64,000 nt of DNA, taken from positions 39,868,001 through 39,932,000 of the forward strand of contig CM052818.1 in NCBI GenBank assembly GCA_028534125.1, given 5' to 3'. This document shows positions 51,850 through 64,000 of the stretch, piece by piece. The translations under genes were made by a program, and so were the position numbers. Under the pieces are notes generated by a model that saw nothing but the letters and a program-made list of their open reading frames with translations, had not been told where the DNA came from and did not search any database. Source of the DNA: Lama glama. Lineage: Eukaryota. Every line of letters begins with the position of its first letter. The first letter of the stretch is position 1.

Positions 51850-54147
51850 CCAACTGGTGCCTTGTTTTACAGAGCTTAAGTCCTTGGGATGCGAAATGAT
51901 TCAACCAGGCAAATCCAGTGCCAGAATTCTGGGATTCTGAGGACAGTGTCATATTAATGTGACAGGTACTTGTGTAGACGTTCTGATAGCCAAACTTGTA
52001 AACCTGATACACACACCTAGTTAGCACTGTTTTATATTACAACGCTGCTGTCCTTTAAGGTTCCTGAACAACAAACTTAGGACTGGAGGACACTTAGATG
52101 CACGTGACAAGAGCGGCTCAGTCAGTGGGATGGTCCTTTCAGCTCGATCTGTGTCTGTGTGGCCTGCAGTGGTGGAGCCCTGTTTCCGCATAGCTCAAGG
52201 CTGAGCTCAAGTCACACAGTGGGCTAGCTCGGTGGGCTGGCGCGGAGCCTCTGGGGCTGGGGAGCCCTGGTGGGAGCAGGCTGCCTCTGCGCTTACACAG
52301 CTGTTGGGCTCCTCATGTTCTCGGGCTGGCCCATCACACGTGTGGCTTCAAAATGTTCGAACCTCAGGCCTCAAATAATCTTTTGTTCCGCTTTCCTGCT
52401 TTGTATGTTTGACTCAGTAGCTTTGTTTATTTTCTTAAAATATTTCCTTTTGGTTTGTGTTTCTTGGCATGGCTCAGCTATGGTTTTTCTAAATGCAATC
52501 GTCTTCAGACCCCTTTGCCATTCAGAGTGCCACACCCCCAGAATGACGGACGGAAGGCTATTTAAGTGACTTCCACTTCCCCAGGCTGGCAGGGCACTCA
52601 GGACCGTGGTGCCATCTCTTCTCAACCTGATGGCTGAGGGCGCATGGGACTGCTGTGTGGGGTCTGGGTTTCTATCACTTATGATCCAAGTGATGTACCC
52701 AGGCCAAAGAAATCCCATTTATCTTCCAACCAAGCTTTTATACCATTGATATCAGCAGTACTGCTTTTCTGAAATTATAAGCTTCTTGACCTCAGCGTTG
52801 GGCTTCTGCAACTGGGAAACCTTTAAAAGACAAACTTAAATTAAAGAGAAAAAAAAAAATATAGGGCAGTTTCTCTGCAGCAGCCCCAAGACAGCCTCAG
52901 GCTTTCTTTACAGAGATCTACCAAGTTTTTTGTTTTTTTTTTTTCTTTTGTCCCCTGAGGAAAGACATAAAACCATTTCCCTAAGATTGTCAACATTCCA
53001 AAGCAACTCATCCTGTGGGTTTCCTGTGTGCAAATGGCCACTGCCCTACCCTGGAGCTGCTGAGCTCCAGGCTGGAAGCTCTTGGCTCCCCGAGCATCCC
53101 CTTCAAAGAGGAAAATACCAGGCCCTCCTGAACCAACAATGAGACATGTTTGACTAGTGGTGATGAAATGTCTTCTGTAAACACTCCCTACCTTACCCAC
53201 CTCCCTTTTTCAAGGACTGATTCACCACTGAAATATTTGTGTCACCCAAGTTCAAGTACATGAAACCAAACGCTTCAATGCCATAGAAAGCAGCGTGAAC
53301 TTCACTGGCCAGGGAGGTAATTAAATAAGCCAAAGCAAGCTGCTGGTCTCCAGCAGGCCTGCCGGGACTACAGACGAGAGCTGGGCCTGGGCCTTTCTGG
53401 GTCAGATCTATAGTGCCTGCTGGAATCCACGTTGCACAGTGACTCCCCCTCAAAGTTCCTGGCCTTGCTCAGCCAGAACGCATACTTCCAGTGCAGGAAG
53501 GGAGGGGATTTTTTTCACTGCCTAATGTGTTCTACCCTCAGCAGAGGATGAAATCTAAAGTCAGGATCCTGTCCCTCAGAGCTTGAAACCGTAACTCACG
53601 TTTATCTTTAAACTCTTCCATGGAGACAGGGTTTTTTTTAACGTATATTTTCAGCATAAGATAGACTGTGAAGATTCTAGACCAATTATTTTCTTGGGAA
53701 AGGAAGAAAATAATATTGAAAACATTAGAAGCAGCCAATTTATCTATATGTTGGAGAGAGTATTTTTCATCAGCAAGAGTGTAGGTGTAAGTTGATACTC
53801 TGCTTATGAGCAGAACACTGAACCCAAGCTTTTCGGTGAGCAAATTCTCCTGGGGGTACCTAGTCATGGGGAAGATGCTATCCCGGAAGTCATGGTCCAG
53901 ACTTCAGAGACAGAAGGAGGAGCAGTTATGGTCTTTTCCCACAGAACCGTGAATTTTATTTTCCACTGAATACCAAGTTATATCTTTCTAAGACAGTCTG
54001 TAAAAATTCAAGTTCTCCATGATACAGCTATGGTATATTACTTTTATTATGACAGTACTGAACATAACTGAAGGTGTAAGCAATGGGCTGTTGTTCTGCT
54101 GTGTTTGTTATGACCATGTACACCACTGGGTGGAAATAAGTGGACTG

Positions 54148-54440
54148 GTATTTTCCAAGCTAGTGTTTTATTGAACGCTATTCTCAGAATTTTAATGAAG
54201 ATAGTATAAAACAAAAATTTGTTACTTATTGAAATTAAGTTTAATGACAGCTAATGACATGAAGTTTAACAGGTTTCTTTACCTTAGAATCTTTAATAAC
54301 TGAATGTGCTTTGTGATTCTCCAAGGGGAGGTTTTAGTGTACGCACTTTCCCAAATTTATTTCACAAAGTAGCTTTTCTTTCTTTTGCTATTAACATCTC
54401 TTGAAATATTGAGCTATGGAACATGGTTTGGTAAATTTGG
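54148..54440. mobile_element. hAT-Charlie (Charlie4-like) DNA transposon fragment
   Basis: 'aatgtgctttgtgattctccaagggg...ctttcccaaatttatt...ggaacatggtttggtaaat'. Confidence 0.55.
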
Positions 54441-55399
54441 GGTTAAGCAGTGTCTCCTGTGATATAACTAAGTTAATGTAGCCAATATAACTTACACTAG
54501 AAAGTGCTGGAAGATGCATAGAAGCAACCCATGTTGATTTAATAATATTCTATGTGGCCATTGAATACTGTTTTAAAAACAGTGCTTGAAGAGAATGCAA
54601 TTTTATATGGACTATCTAAAAAGCAAGCAAGCCAAAAAAAAAAAATCTGGCTACAGGGCATGGCTTTATTGGGCTTAATGCTTGAGTGTGGCACTTGTCA
54701 CATTATGCTCTTTGGATTAAAAATACTTGTGTGGCCCCACCTGGGAAGCTGATCACCTGGTCACTGAATATAAATTTAGATTTATAAGAAAATCTGCTCT
54801 GAATTAGCGCTAACTACCACTTCACCTTTGAAAAATCGACTTACTTATCAGATGGTACTAACCTGTAGTGGAAACTTAAACTTCCTACCTCATCCAAGTT
54901 TAAGCCAAATGTTCTCTCCTTCCAACTTCGCATTCCTTGTCTGTGTTGCTCTGCATTAGTGAGAGGCGCCTACGCCCAGAGCTGTGATGTGAATACAGTG
55001 TGAAGACAGAAGCCCACCTTCCCAAGCATTTCTGTCCCCTTCGCAGTTCTAATCACACCTCCTCAAGTTACTGCTAAATTTGCCAAGCAGCTGGCATGAG
55101 TTTGCTACCCAGAGCAAGGCAAAGTGTCCCTTGTTGAGGAGAGGGGCAGCCTCCAGGCTGCTTTTAATCTGATTGTTTTAATTTAATTTAATCTGCCTGG
55201 TAAATATTTTTTTTCAGCTGCAGAAATGTGTAAATCAACTAAGTGGTTCATAATCTATGTATTTAGCTAACAGAGCTCATGCTGACCAATGCGTGGGACC
55301 TGATAGGAGTTTGCATTTGCTAGCCAATCACCACCATTACCCAGAAGGAAAAAAGCAAATCATATGAGAATGATAACAACAAAAAAAACTCATCCCAGT

Positions 55400-55595
55400 A
55401 GCAACTACCATTCTTTGGATATTTGCAATGTGCTGGTAACTTTTCATTGTCCTTATTATACTTGGCAGTGTTATCCCCATTTTACAGATGAGTTATATGA
55501 AATACAAAAAGGTTGAGTGATGTGCCCAAGACTTTCCACCTAACGGTGAAACCAGCATTCAAATCCATTTATTTTGGGGACCAATACCTTGCTCT
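55400..55595 (-). mobile_element. MIR SINE
   Basis: 'ttatccccattttacagatgag...aggttgagtgatgtgcccaag...ccagcattcaaatcca'. Confidence 0.85.
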
Positions 55596-55912
55596 TGCTG
55601 TAGACTATTAGCATTCTGCGTCTGTAAAAGTGACCTGCATAATTTTAACCTTTTCAGTTTTATGGACTTAGAGCCTAGATTTGTCTCAGTGGATTTGTCT
55701 GGGAACTTTTCTTTTTTTAAATGCCAATCATCTCAAAATCACGATCCAATTGGATCTTTCAAATTTGCTCTAAAATTCCAGTGGAGACATAGTAGAAGAT
55801 GAAATCAATGCCTCTACCAACATTTAGGACTAACATCCATACTTTATCCAAAGTATCACTTCCACAGCCGCAAGACCATGAGTCTTTACGGATAAACCTC
55901 ATCTACATTAGA

Positions 55913-57050
55913 TTGTTTACTTGAGTTTTTGTTTGTTTGTTTGTTTGTTTCCTGATGTAGGATTGTGTCACTATCAGCTTCACTCCTAGAGCCGCTTCTG
56001 CTGCATCCCATAGATTTTGGATTATCGTGCTTCCATTTGCATTCGCCTCCAGGTATGTTTTTCATTTTTCTTTGATTTCATCAATGGCTCAATCATTACT
56101 TAGTAGCATTTTGTTTTGCCTCCACTTGTTTGTGATTTTTCCGGTTTTCTTCGTGTACTTAATTTCTAGTCTCATGTGATTTTTGTTGGGAAGAAATACT
56201 TGGTATGATTTCAGTCTTCTTAAATTTATTGAAATTTGTTTTGTGGCCCGGGCTGTTGTTGGCCCGTGGGTGGGGTCGGGTCCCAGGGCACCTGTCTGCG
56301 GGGCCAGTGCGGGCCTGGTTCCGGCCCCGCCAGCCTGCTGGAGGGCGAGGCCAGGTTCTGAAGTGGCTGACTAGGGGGTCTTGGGACTGGTGCCTGCCTG
56401 CTGGTGGGCTGGTAAGCCTCTGACACTAGGAGGCTGAGGGAGGATTCAGAATGGCGCTTGTCAGCACCAGTGGGCTTGTGGTACAGTGAGTTCCCCCTAA
56501 GGGCTGCCACCAGTGTCTGTGTCCTCAGGGAAGTCCCCATTGCCTCTTGCCTCTCCAAGAGGCTCTCCAGGATCATCAGGTGGATGTGACTTCTTTCAAA
56601 TGTCTCTGTGCTGGGTCTTGGAGCGTCTCAGATTTTGTGTGCACTCTTTAAGAACAGAGCCTCTTCCCTGCAGCTCTCCAGCTGTCCTATACACAAGTCT
56701 CATTGGCCTTCAAAGCCAGATGTTCTGGGGTTCATCTTCCCAGTGCAGGTCCCGGGGCTGGGGTGTCCACTGTGGGGCTTGGACACCCCACTCCTTTGGG
56801 AGGACCTCTGCAGTTGTGACTGTCCTCCAGTTTGTGGGTCACGTACTTGATGGTGTGAGTCTTGACCATATCGTGTCTCCACTTCTCCCACCCATCTCAC
56901 TGTGGTTCCTTCTTTTTACCCTTGCTTGCGAAAAATCTCCTCTGCTGTTCTTCAGGTTGCTGTCAGAGATAGTTGCTCTGTACATAACTGTAATTTTGTT
57001 ATGCCGTGGGAGGGGCTGAGCTCAGGGTCCTCCTACTCCACCATCTCAAC
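55913..57050 (-). mobile_element. L1 5'UTR joined directly to an early-ORF2 segment (ORF1 absent)
   Basis: Minus strand starts 'gagatggtggagtaggaggaccctgagctc', similar to the 5' end at ~45540. CpG-rich 5'UTR runs to ~56250, then ORF2-type 'tgctgcatcccatagattttgg...tggtatgatttcagtcttcttaaattt'. Confidence 0.78.
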
Positions 57051-57502
57051 TTACCATTTGTTTTTTAATGTTCTCACAAAAGTTCTCAAATTTATTTGGA
57101 CAAGATCGTTTATTGCAACTTGTTTTTAAATAAGAAACTTGAAAAATAATTTTCTATAGGAGTATCAGGGTTGACTTGGTTTTTTCACCGAAATCTTGTT
57201 GGATGTATTAAAGGAATTGTATGGAATCAGTAGATTAAATTTAAAGAGAATTGAATATTTTATTGCATTTTCTCATTCACAGACACAATATAGCTTTATC
57301 ATTTATTTCTCAATATTTTAATACTTATTATTTGTCCTTTGAATTATGGACTATTTAGAATTGCTTTAAAAAAATTCAAAGTTTATGGGACTCTGAGGAG
57401 CATATTTTATCATTTCTAAATTTTATTAAATTTTAGTCAGAGAGTAGTCTGTGTTTTATAAATTATTTGATATCTGTTGGGATTTCCTTATGGGCTGAAA
57501 CT

Positions 57503-58092
57503 ATATTAATTTTCTATTGCTGCATAACCAATCATCTCAAATTTAGAGACTTAAAATGGCAGCCATTTATCAGCCCACAGTTCTGTAGCTCAGAAATCTG
57601 GCAGAGGCTGTCTAGATTCTCTGCTCAGGTTGTGACAATACGGAAATCACTTCTTGTCTGGAGGAACTGGGGCAGCATGCAGCATATGCTTCTGAGCTCA
57701 TTCTTCTTGTTGGTTCGTAGCATTCAGTTTCTTGTGGGTATCGGACTGAGGTTCCCATTTATTTGTCAGCTCTCAGCAACTAGAGGCCACCTGTATTCCA
57801 AGCCTTGTTACTCCCTCCATCTTAAAAGCCAGCAACAGAAAATTTCTCTTGGGTCAAATCTTCCTCATACTTTGAATCTCTGACTTTCTTTGTCTCTGAC
57901 CTCTAGACTCAAATTTAAAGGGCTCATGGAATTAGGTTAAATCCAACTGGATTACTTTCCTATCTTAAGGTCAACTTATTTGAGACCCTAATTGCATCTG
58001 TAAAAGCCCTTTATAGTAGTACATAGATCAGTTTGATTGAATAACTGGGAGAAGCAGTATGTATACCAGGTGCAAGGCTCTTGGGAGCCATC
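57503..58092 (-). mobile_element. MLT1E/F-type solo LTR inserted in ancient L1 debris
   Basis: 'ttctattgctgcataaccaatcatctcaaatttag...cacagttctgtag...ggactgaggttccc...gggagccatcttaaaattctctctaccac'. Confidence 0.85.
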
Positions 58093-58857
58093 TTAAAATT
58101 CTCTCTACCACCGATGCCTGTTAAGGATGTGTGCTTGAAAAGAATGTATATATTTGTTTGGTGTGTTCAGTATTCCATCTATCTCTATTTGATCCAACGT
58201 ACTAATTAGCCTCTTCGGACTCTTCAGATCTTCTATATCTTTACTAATTGTGTAGGTTTCAATGCATCCAGATCAATGTTTGTTAATAGTTTGACATTTG
58301 TGAAAGTTGTGTAATTTAGGTAGTGAACTTTAAGACTTTAAGAAAGTAGGGTCATTTAAGATTTCATCATCTACAAGAGGGACTAACATTCTTTTACTCT
58401 GCTGACTTTAATTTTTCTACCTAGTATCTAAGAGCTTAACGAGAGTAAATTTTTTTTCTGCAGACACACCAGGTCCAACCTCTTTCGTTTGCTAATACTC
58501 TCTTCTTGGCATGGAAAGCTTGTTGTCTCACCAGTTCTGTTCTTCACTTCCAAAACTCTGAAACATTCTTTAAGATACTCTTTAGTTATGTTCTCATGTA
58601 ATTTCTGGCTTCCCAAGCAGCATTATCTTACAGTTCTTTCATTTATTGTGGTTAGTACTTACTTCACTCATTCATTAAATATTCCCATAAAAGCTCTCAC
58701 AATATTATACATCTCTCTCTCCATATATATATGTATGTAATATATATACACACATATATATGTAAATCTTTACATCTGCTTTCTTTTCTAGGTTCACATT
58801 ATCACTATGTTTAAGATATTTCTTTGATAAAACGTATATTCTTTAAATTAATTTATA

Positions 58858-58922
58858 AGGGGGCAACCATACATTTCAGTTTGCCTAGGATAGTTCTGTT
58901 TATGCCTGTTGTCCCAGCATGA
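58858..58922. mobile_element. MER94-like (hAT-Blackjack) terminal fragment
   Basis: 'aggggggcaaccatac...gtttgcctaggatagttctgtttatgcctgttgtcccagc'. Confidence 0.65.
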
Positions 58923-59046
58923 ATCTCATGCCTGTTGCCAAGACGCCAGTCCATGCCCTTGGAGAAGATGCCCAGTCCTTGAAACCATCCTAAAGCAGTG
59001 CCTTAAGAACTGCAAAGACTCGGCCATTTCACATGTACTTGTTATT

Positions 59047-59150
59047 ATGCTTTTTTAATCTTAATTTTTTTGGAAGGGGAGCGTAATTAAGTTTATTTAC
59101 ATTTTTATTTTTAGAGGATGTACTGGAGATGGAATCGCATGCATGCTCAT
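59047..59150 (-). mobile_element. 5'-truncated copy of the same tRNA-derived SINE, with TSD
   Basis: Shares 'gtaattaagtttattta...gaggatgtactggagatggaa' with the 51.7 kb copy. 17-bp TSD cacatgtacttgttatt (59030-59046) / catatgtgcttgttatt (59151-59167). Confidence 0.8.
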
Positions 59151-59989
59151 CATATGTGCTTGTTATTGATGTGAGTGAATTAGAGTTGACTCGGGCACTG
59201 CACACTGGGCATCTTGGTTGTTTTTCAGCCTCACATTTGCAAGAGCCTTTGTATCTGAGTAATTGGATGATAGTGACAACCTCTTGATTCTTTGAGCTGA
59301 CCCTATAGTAGTCTTTGTTGACACAGGGCGGACATCACGTCATGTATTTGAGCTACTCAGTTCAGCCTTGGCAAGGCTCCTAAAATTTCCACTGTCTGTT
59401 GTAAAAATTAATAATGCTATTTTGACATGATTTCTAAATATATTGATCATTAAAACTGATGGCTACCACTCGTAGAACATTGGGATAAGTACAAAATACA
59501 TTTCACACATTACTTTATTTACTTCTCTCATTCACAGTATAAGCATTTTTGTCTCTGTTTATAAACAAAGAAATTGAGATACTAACTTTTCCTAGGTTTG
59601 AATCATGAAATACCCAACGCTTCCTGTGTTCAAGGCTAGTACTTGGAAGCACAAGTGCTTAATCTTACTATGGTAGGTAAACAATTATCAAATAAACAAC
59701 GATCATTGAACCTACAGAGAGCAGGGCATTAATTTGTTTGTTGTAAATATAATTTCTGAGTAAGGGTACTATTTAACCTGCTTTCGGCATTTGGGATTTC
59801 AAGATTTAAATGACTAATTTTCTGACTTCAGAAGACCTCCAGTTTTGTTAGACAATTTTCATAGACAAACATTGCAATATTTTAGGAAAAGTGGCTTGTG
59901 TAGTGTTTGGCATACACATGGCATTAAATTATATACTCTTTGAATAAATGAAATAAGGCATGCATAAGAAAAAGGACAAATGAAAGTAC

Positions 59990-60200
59990 AAAGACCAGGG
60001 AAGAGAAGAGGAAAGAACTTTCTGCCTGGGAAGTTGGCAAAAGCATCAAATAAGTGGTTACATTGAAACTGACTCCTGGAGGGTAAGTCTTGAGTTTACT
60101 ACAGGAAGGCGAGAGAGGGCTTTCAGAGCAGATGGAATAGCTTGGCAAATATATGAAGCTATACTGAAAACAAAAACCATGACGTGTTCAGGAAGTGGGT
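59990..60200 (-). mobile_element. L2 fragment
   Basis: 'ttcagagcagatggaatagcttggcaaat...catgacgtgttcaggaa'. Confidence 0.5.
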
Positions 60201-60944
60201 TCAATGAGCTGGAAAGGGTTTCAGAATTTCATGGGCAGTGTCTTCTTTGTTTGAGGAGAAATATCAGCCTTGATAGCACTGCTGTTCATGACTCAAGTTG
60301 ATTCATTTTGCCTTAAGTGCAGTCTTAATATCTCAGACCGACTTCTGAGTGCTTGTGGGTTGGGAGTTGGAAGAGACCAGAGCTGAGATGGATGGATGTA
60401 GTCTGATGCCATAAGCCCAGTTCTTCCGAGACCTTCACAAACTGTCAGGCATCAAAGCTACTTGTCTTTGAGTGAGAACAGCCTCCTCTCTAGGGGGCAT
60501 TCTACTTGCCCACTATGTCCCAGCAAACAATGTAAAGCTCAGACTGCGGGGGCCACTCTTCCCTGATCACACTAGTCTTAGGAAGGTCAGAGTCTGGTAA
60601 CTACTGTGTTCTCGAGGATTATTTAGTACGAATGCTTCAAGGCCTGTGTGAGGGTCCTGCGAGCTGCAGCATTCCTTTGAGGGAAAGAGAAGGAGCCACA
60701 GGGCTGCAGCCCCACATCTGAGAGAAGCATTTTCTGAGTGCGCTGCTGCGTCAGATTTGTTTCTGCGGAGAAGCCTTATGAAAGGACACACGGACCAAAC
60801 AGACACACAAACAGAAAAGCTACAGACGTGAATGCACTTTCTGCCACTTTTTCCTGAAAGGTGAAGGTTGATTTTGAGAACACAAAGACATGACAGTACA
60901 ACTCTCTTCTCTATAATAGTGAGGGTGAGAAAAACCATTAAAGT

Positions 60945-60947
<3 letters not shown>

Positions 60948-60980
<33 letters not shown>
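60948..60980. repeat. (TG)n microsatellite
   Basis: Read directly. Confidence 0.95.
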
Positions 60981-60981
<1 letters not shown>

Positions 60982-62243
60982 TATCTGGCTACTGTACTTT
61001 AACAATAATTCCTCTTGACATTATACAAGGTCAGCAAGTCACCTCAAGACCACCCTGCTTGAGGATTTGCTCTCCGTGCAGGGCTGTATTGGACTCTCTC
61101 AGCTGAGAAATGTCACCCAGCACCTTTCATATTTATGGTGACTCATAAACAGGAAACCAGTCCTGTCCATGACTTTGGAACTTTTTCATATCTCAAATCC
61201 TTTTATGAAAATGAAAAAAAAAAGCATACCAAACAAAACAAAAGAACTTAGCTGCCTTATGCTTTCTGGGCCAAAATAAATATTGCCAAATTAGTAAGGC
61301 ATACTGAACAAATTAAGCGCTAAATGCAAATTTATCAACTGAACTCCAATGGCAGACTCACCAAAGAGCGTACAGTGGTGGAGTGCAGCCCTGTAAGTAG
61401 GTGTTTGTGTTGGCGAGTCTCTGCAGAGAGGCATGGGAACAGTAAAAAAAAAAAAAAGAGAGAGCATTTCTGTTACACCCAAGATGAACAGTTTGTTTTA
61501 GAAAGTTCAAGTAAACAGTGTCTAACATATATTCACTGAATTCAGAACCTCAGTTGCTACCAAGAGGGAGATGAGAAAAAATAAACTGGCAAAATTTCTT
61601 TAAAAAAAATCTCACTTGGAAATGTTCAAGTCAGCCTCATAAATCACTGGATGAGATGGAGATATCCTTCCTCATCTCTGAGCCGTGAATAAGCCCCAGC
61701 AGTCCCTCACCAAGGCAAACAAGAACTTTTCCCTTAAGGATATTTAAAATCTTACAAAACAAGAAGATTTATCTTAATGTTTTCTAATGTCCCGACTGGA
61801 ATATATATGATGCATCCTTTTAAGTTATGGGCATCATTTATGGTGCCTAAGATTTAAAAGTTGCATGTGTATTACTTTAGCTCAGTGATTGATTTGAGAA
61901 GGGGTGGTTGGGGTGGAGAGTGGATGCGTTTGAAACTGCTTCCTTGTTTTCCTGCAGACCCTGGGCACAGTGACTTCCCTTGCCACTTTGGTCAGGCTCT
62001 CTCACCCCTTTGAACATGAAAGAGCCTCAGATGCAGATTTCTGTTTGCCCTGGATGTTGCTGCTTCTTCAGTGAAGAGTTCCCACGCGCTTCCCGGGACT
62101 TCCCACAATGCCTTGCCTCTTCTTTGACACTAGACAGTGGAAGAAACCAGGAAACAGAGAAGTCATTTTATCATACACTACAAATTGGGACTAAAATGGG
62201 AACCCCATAGTATGCCAAGCCTGGATGGATATTTGGAAAGCTT

Positions 62244-62380
62244 TATTTTATAGACGGAAAACTTAGAGGCCCAGAGAGAGGTTGTAACCTGCCCAAAGTA
62301 ACACAGTGAATTGGTGCCAGATTAATTAGATTTAGAAGATCAGATTTTCTTTATCTGCTGACTCTTAGCCAAAGTTCTTT
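62244..62380 (-). mobile_element. MIR SINE
   Basis: 'attttatagacggaaaacttagaggcccagagagaggttgtaacctgcccaaagtaacacag'. Confidence 0.85.
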
Positions 62381-63809
62381 ATACGTATCACTCTCCCTCC
62401 TCCGTAGTTGTTATTTAGAGGTCTTTTTTTACAGCTAATATTCTCTTTTTGCACCCAGCAGCTTTGAGCTACTACAGAGGTAAATATCTCCTTCTCCACG
62501 CCACTCCTTTGCTCAAAGAAATCCAGTGGACTGCTGCTGCAGAGGAGATCAAGCAGTTTGGGTTCTGAGGCTGAGGGTAGTCTTGGCCTTGGTTGGCCAA
62601 AACAAAGGACAAGTTGAAAATCAGCTTGTGCCAGGCAGATGGCGACAGGCCTGCAAAGCAGGAATAGGCCCAGCTATGACCCCTGGAGGAAGGGAAATAT
62701 ACTAATATTTAGTGCATGGAAATGAAAAAAGGCTTAGAAGTTCTTTTTCCCTATATGACATTCCCTAAGAAATCAGCCAGGATTACATTTTAAAAAAAGT
62801 ATTAAAATAGTCAAAGAGATGAGCATCAGCTTGATTTAATTTATTTGCATAGCACAGTTTCAACTAACTAGAAACTGACTACGGATAACTCAGGACAGCT
62901 GGTAACACCTTCAGTTCAGAGGCCTGCACAGCATAAGTGACAACCTCATAAAGGCAGCTTAGTCTACCTGGGGCACTCTGGATTCATCTTAAATTCCTTT
63001 CTAGGTCAAAAGTCTAAGTCAGTGAGCACCACACTGCTACTCAGAAACATGTCCCTGGGATACAGGAAAACCTGGAATTGTTAAACACACACACACACAC
63101 AAAACTCCTTTGGACTCACTTTAGCTGGAAGTGATATAAAAATAGGTATAGTAATTTCAGGACATTAACCACATGTAAATATCTTGATGAAAGCAACCAA
63201 AGTTTACAGTTATTACAGATCAGTGCTTAGTGATCTCTCCCTTGATTTTTAGAATAGGCCCTCCCATGGCCTTGGCCCTTGGTGCAAGAATGATAGTCCC
63301 AGCTTAGCTACTCTTCCCTTGAGCATGGCAGTTCAGAGTGATGCAGCCCAAATTCATCATGTTAGTCTACACAAGTCACTTAACACAACACCCAGATTAT
63401 TTAAGAATTTAGTAAATATCTATCATTAATCTTGTTGTACTAGCCTCAGGTTGTCATCATCACCGTCACCATCATCATCATTACCATTTATTTAACCCTT
63501 GTGACAACCTTGTCAATTCCTTAATGAGAAAAAACCAAAAGCCAACCTCACACTTGGAACTAGTAAATATATTATTTATAGTTTGTCTCACAAGACAAAG
63601 TCTATATTAACTGTCTGTAAAAAAGAACCTCAGTTAAATTTCAGAGAATTCACTCAGCATGTTGAAAATATTCCTGTTCGTTATCTTCATAAATGTTATA
63701 CTTAAAAATGTCCTTGGATGAGGTAACAGGCATCTGAGCACCACAGTCAGAAAACGCTGCCTTGACCAGGCTCCTTTCTGCCTGGGGGTCTTCTACCCCT
63801 CAAGTATAC

Positions 63810-63950
63810 ACATCTTGTCTTTCGTATTATGCGGTGACCTCTTTGAGGAGATAAATCTCATCCTTTTTTTTTTTCCACCTCTATTACAGCATCTGATGCT
63901 GGGCTCAGTATGTAGTAGGCATTAGGGAAAACTCGGCAATGAATGGACAA
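63810..63950 (+). mobile_element. L2 3' tail
   Basis: 'ctctttgagg...cagcatctgatgctgggctcagtatgtagtaggcatt...aatgaatgga'. Confidence 0.5.
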
Positions 63951-64000
63951 TTTTGAGAGCCACTGGGATTTTGGCTGGACCAGAGATGTCTTCACTGAAT

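Noticed and set aside
56513..57019. 168-aa ORF
   Set aside because: Antisense read of a GC-rich L1 5'UTR.
1..64000. CRISPR arrays, operons or other prokaryotic systems
   Set aside because: The sequence is mammalian; there is no regularly spaced repeat-spacer structure or gene-dense organisation.

Overview
Mammalian, largely non-coding DNA. It is probably camelid, inferred from two tRNA-derived SINEs and three young L1 copies that resemble camelid families, and it comes from a draft assembly with three N gaps (32564-33063, 41756-41855, 49702-49801). No intact protein-coding gene, RNA gene or CRISPR array can be supported. Much of the window is transposable-element debris: young L1 insertions with target-site duplications (TSDs), one 5'-inverted (twin-primed) L1, a long old L1 holding two nested insertions, internally deleted L1s joining distant parts of the element, and MIR, L2, CR1, MLT1 LTR and hAT fragments. 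The most interesting object is a ~1.25 kb non-repeat, intronless decayed reading frame on the minus strand (34562-35810; about 416 codons, 4 stops, 1 frameshift). By eye it aligns collinearly but very distantly with the C-terminal half of FAM91A1, and it lies just downstream of a sense-oriented MLT1 LTR. Repeat family names come from my recollection of consensus sequences, not from a search, and boundaries without a TSD are approximate.
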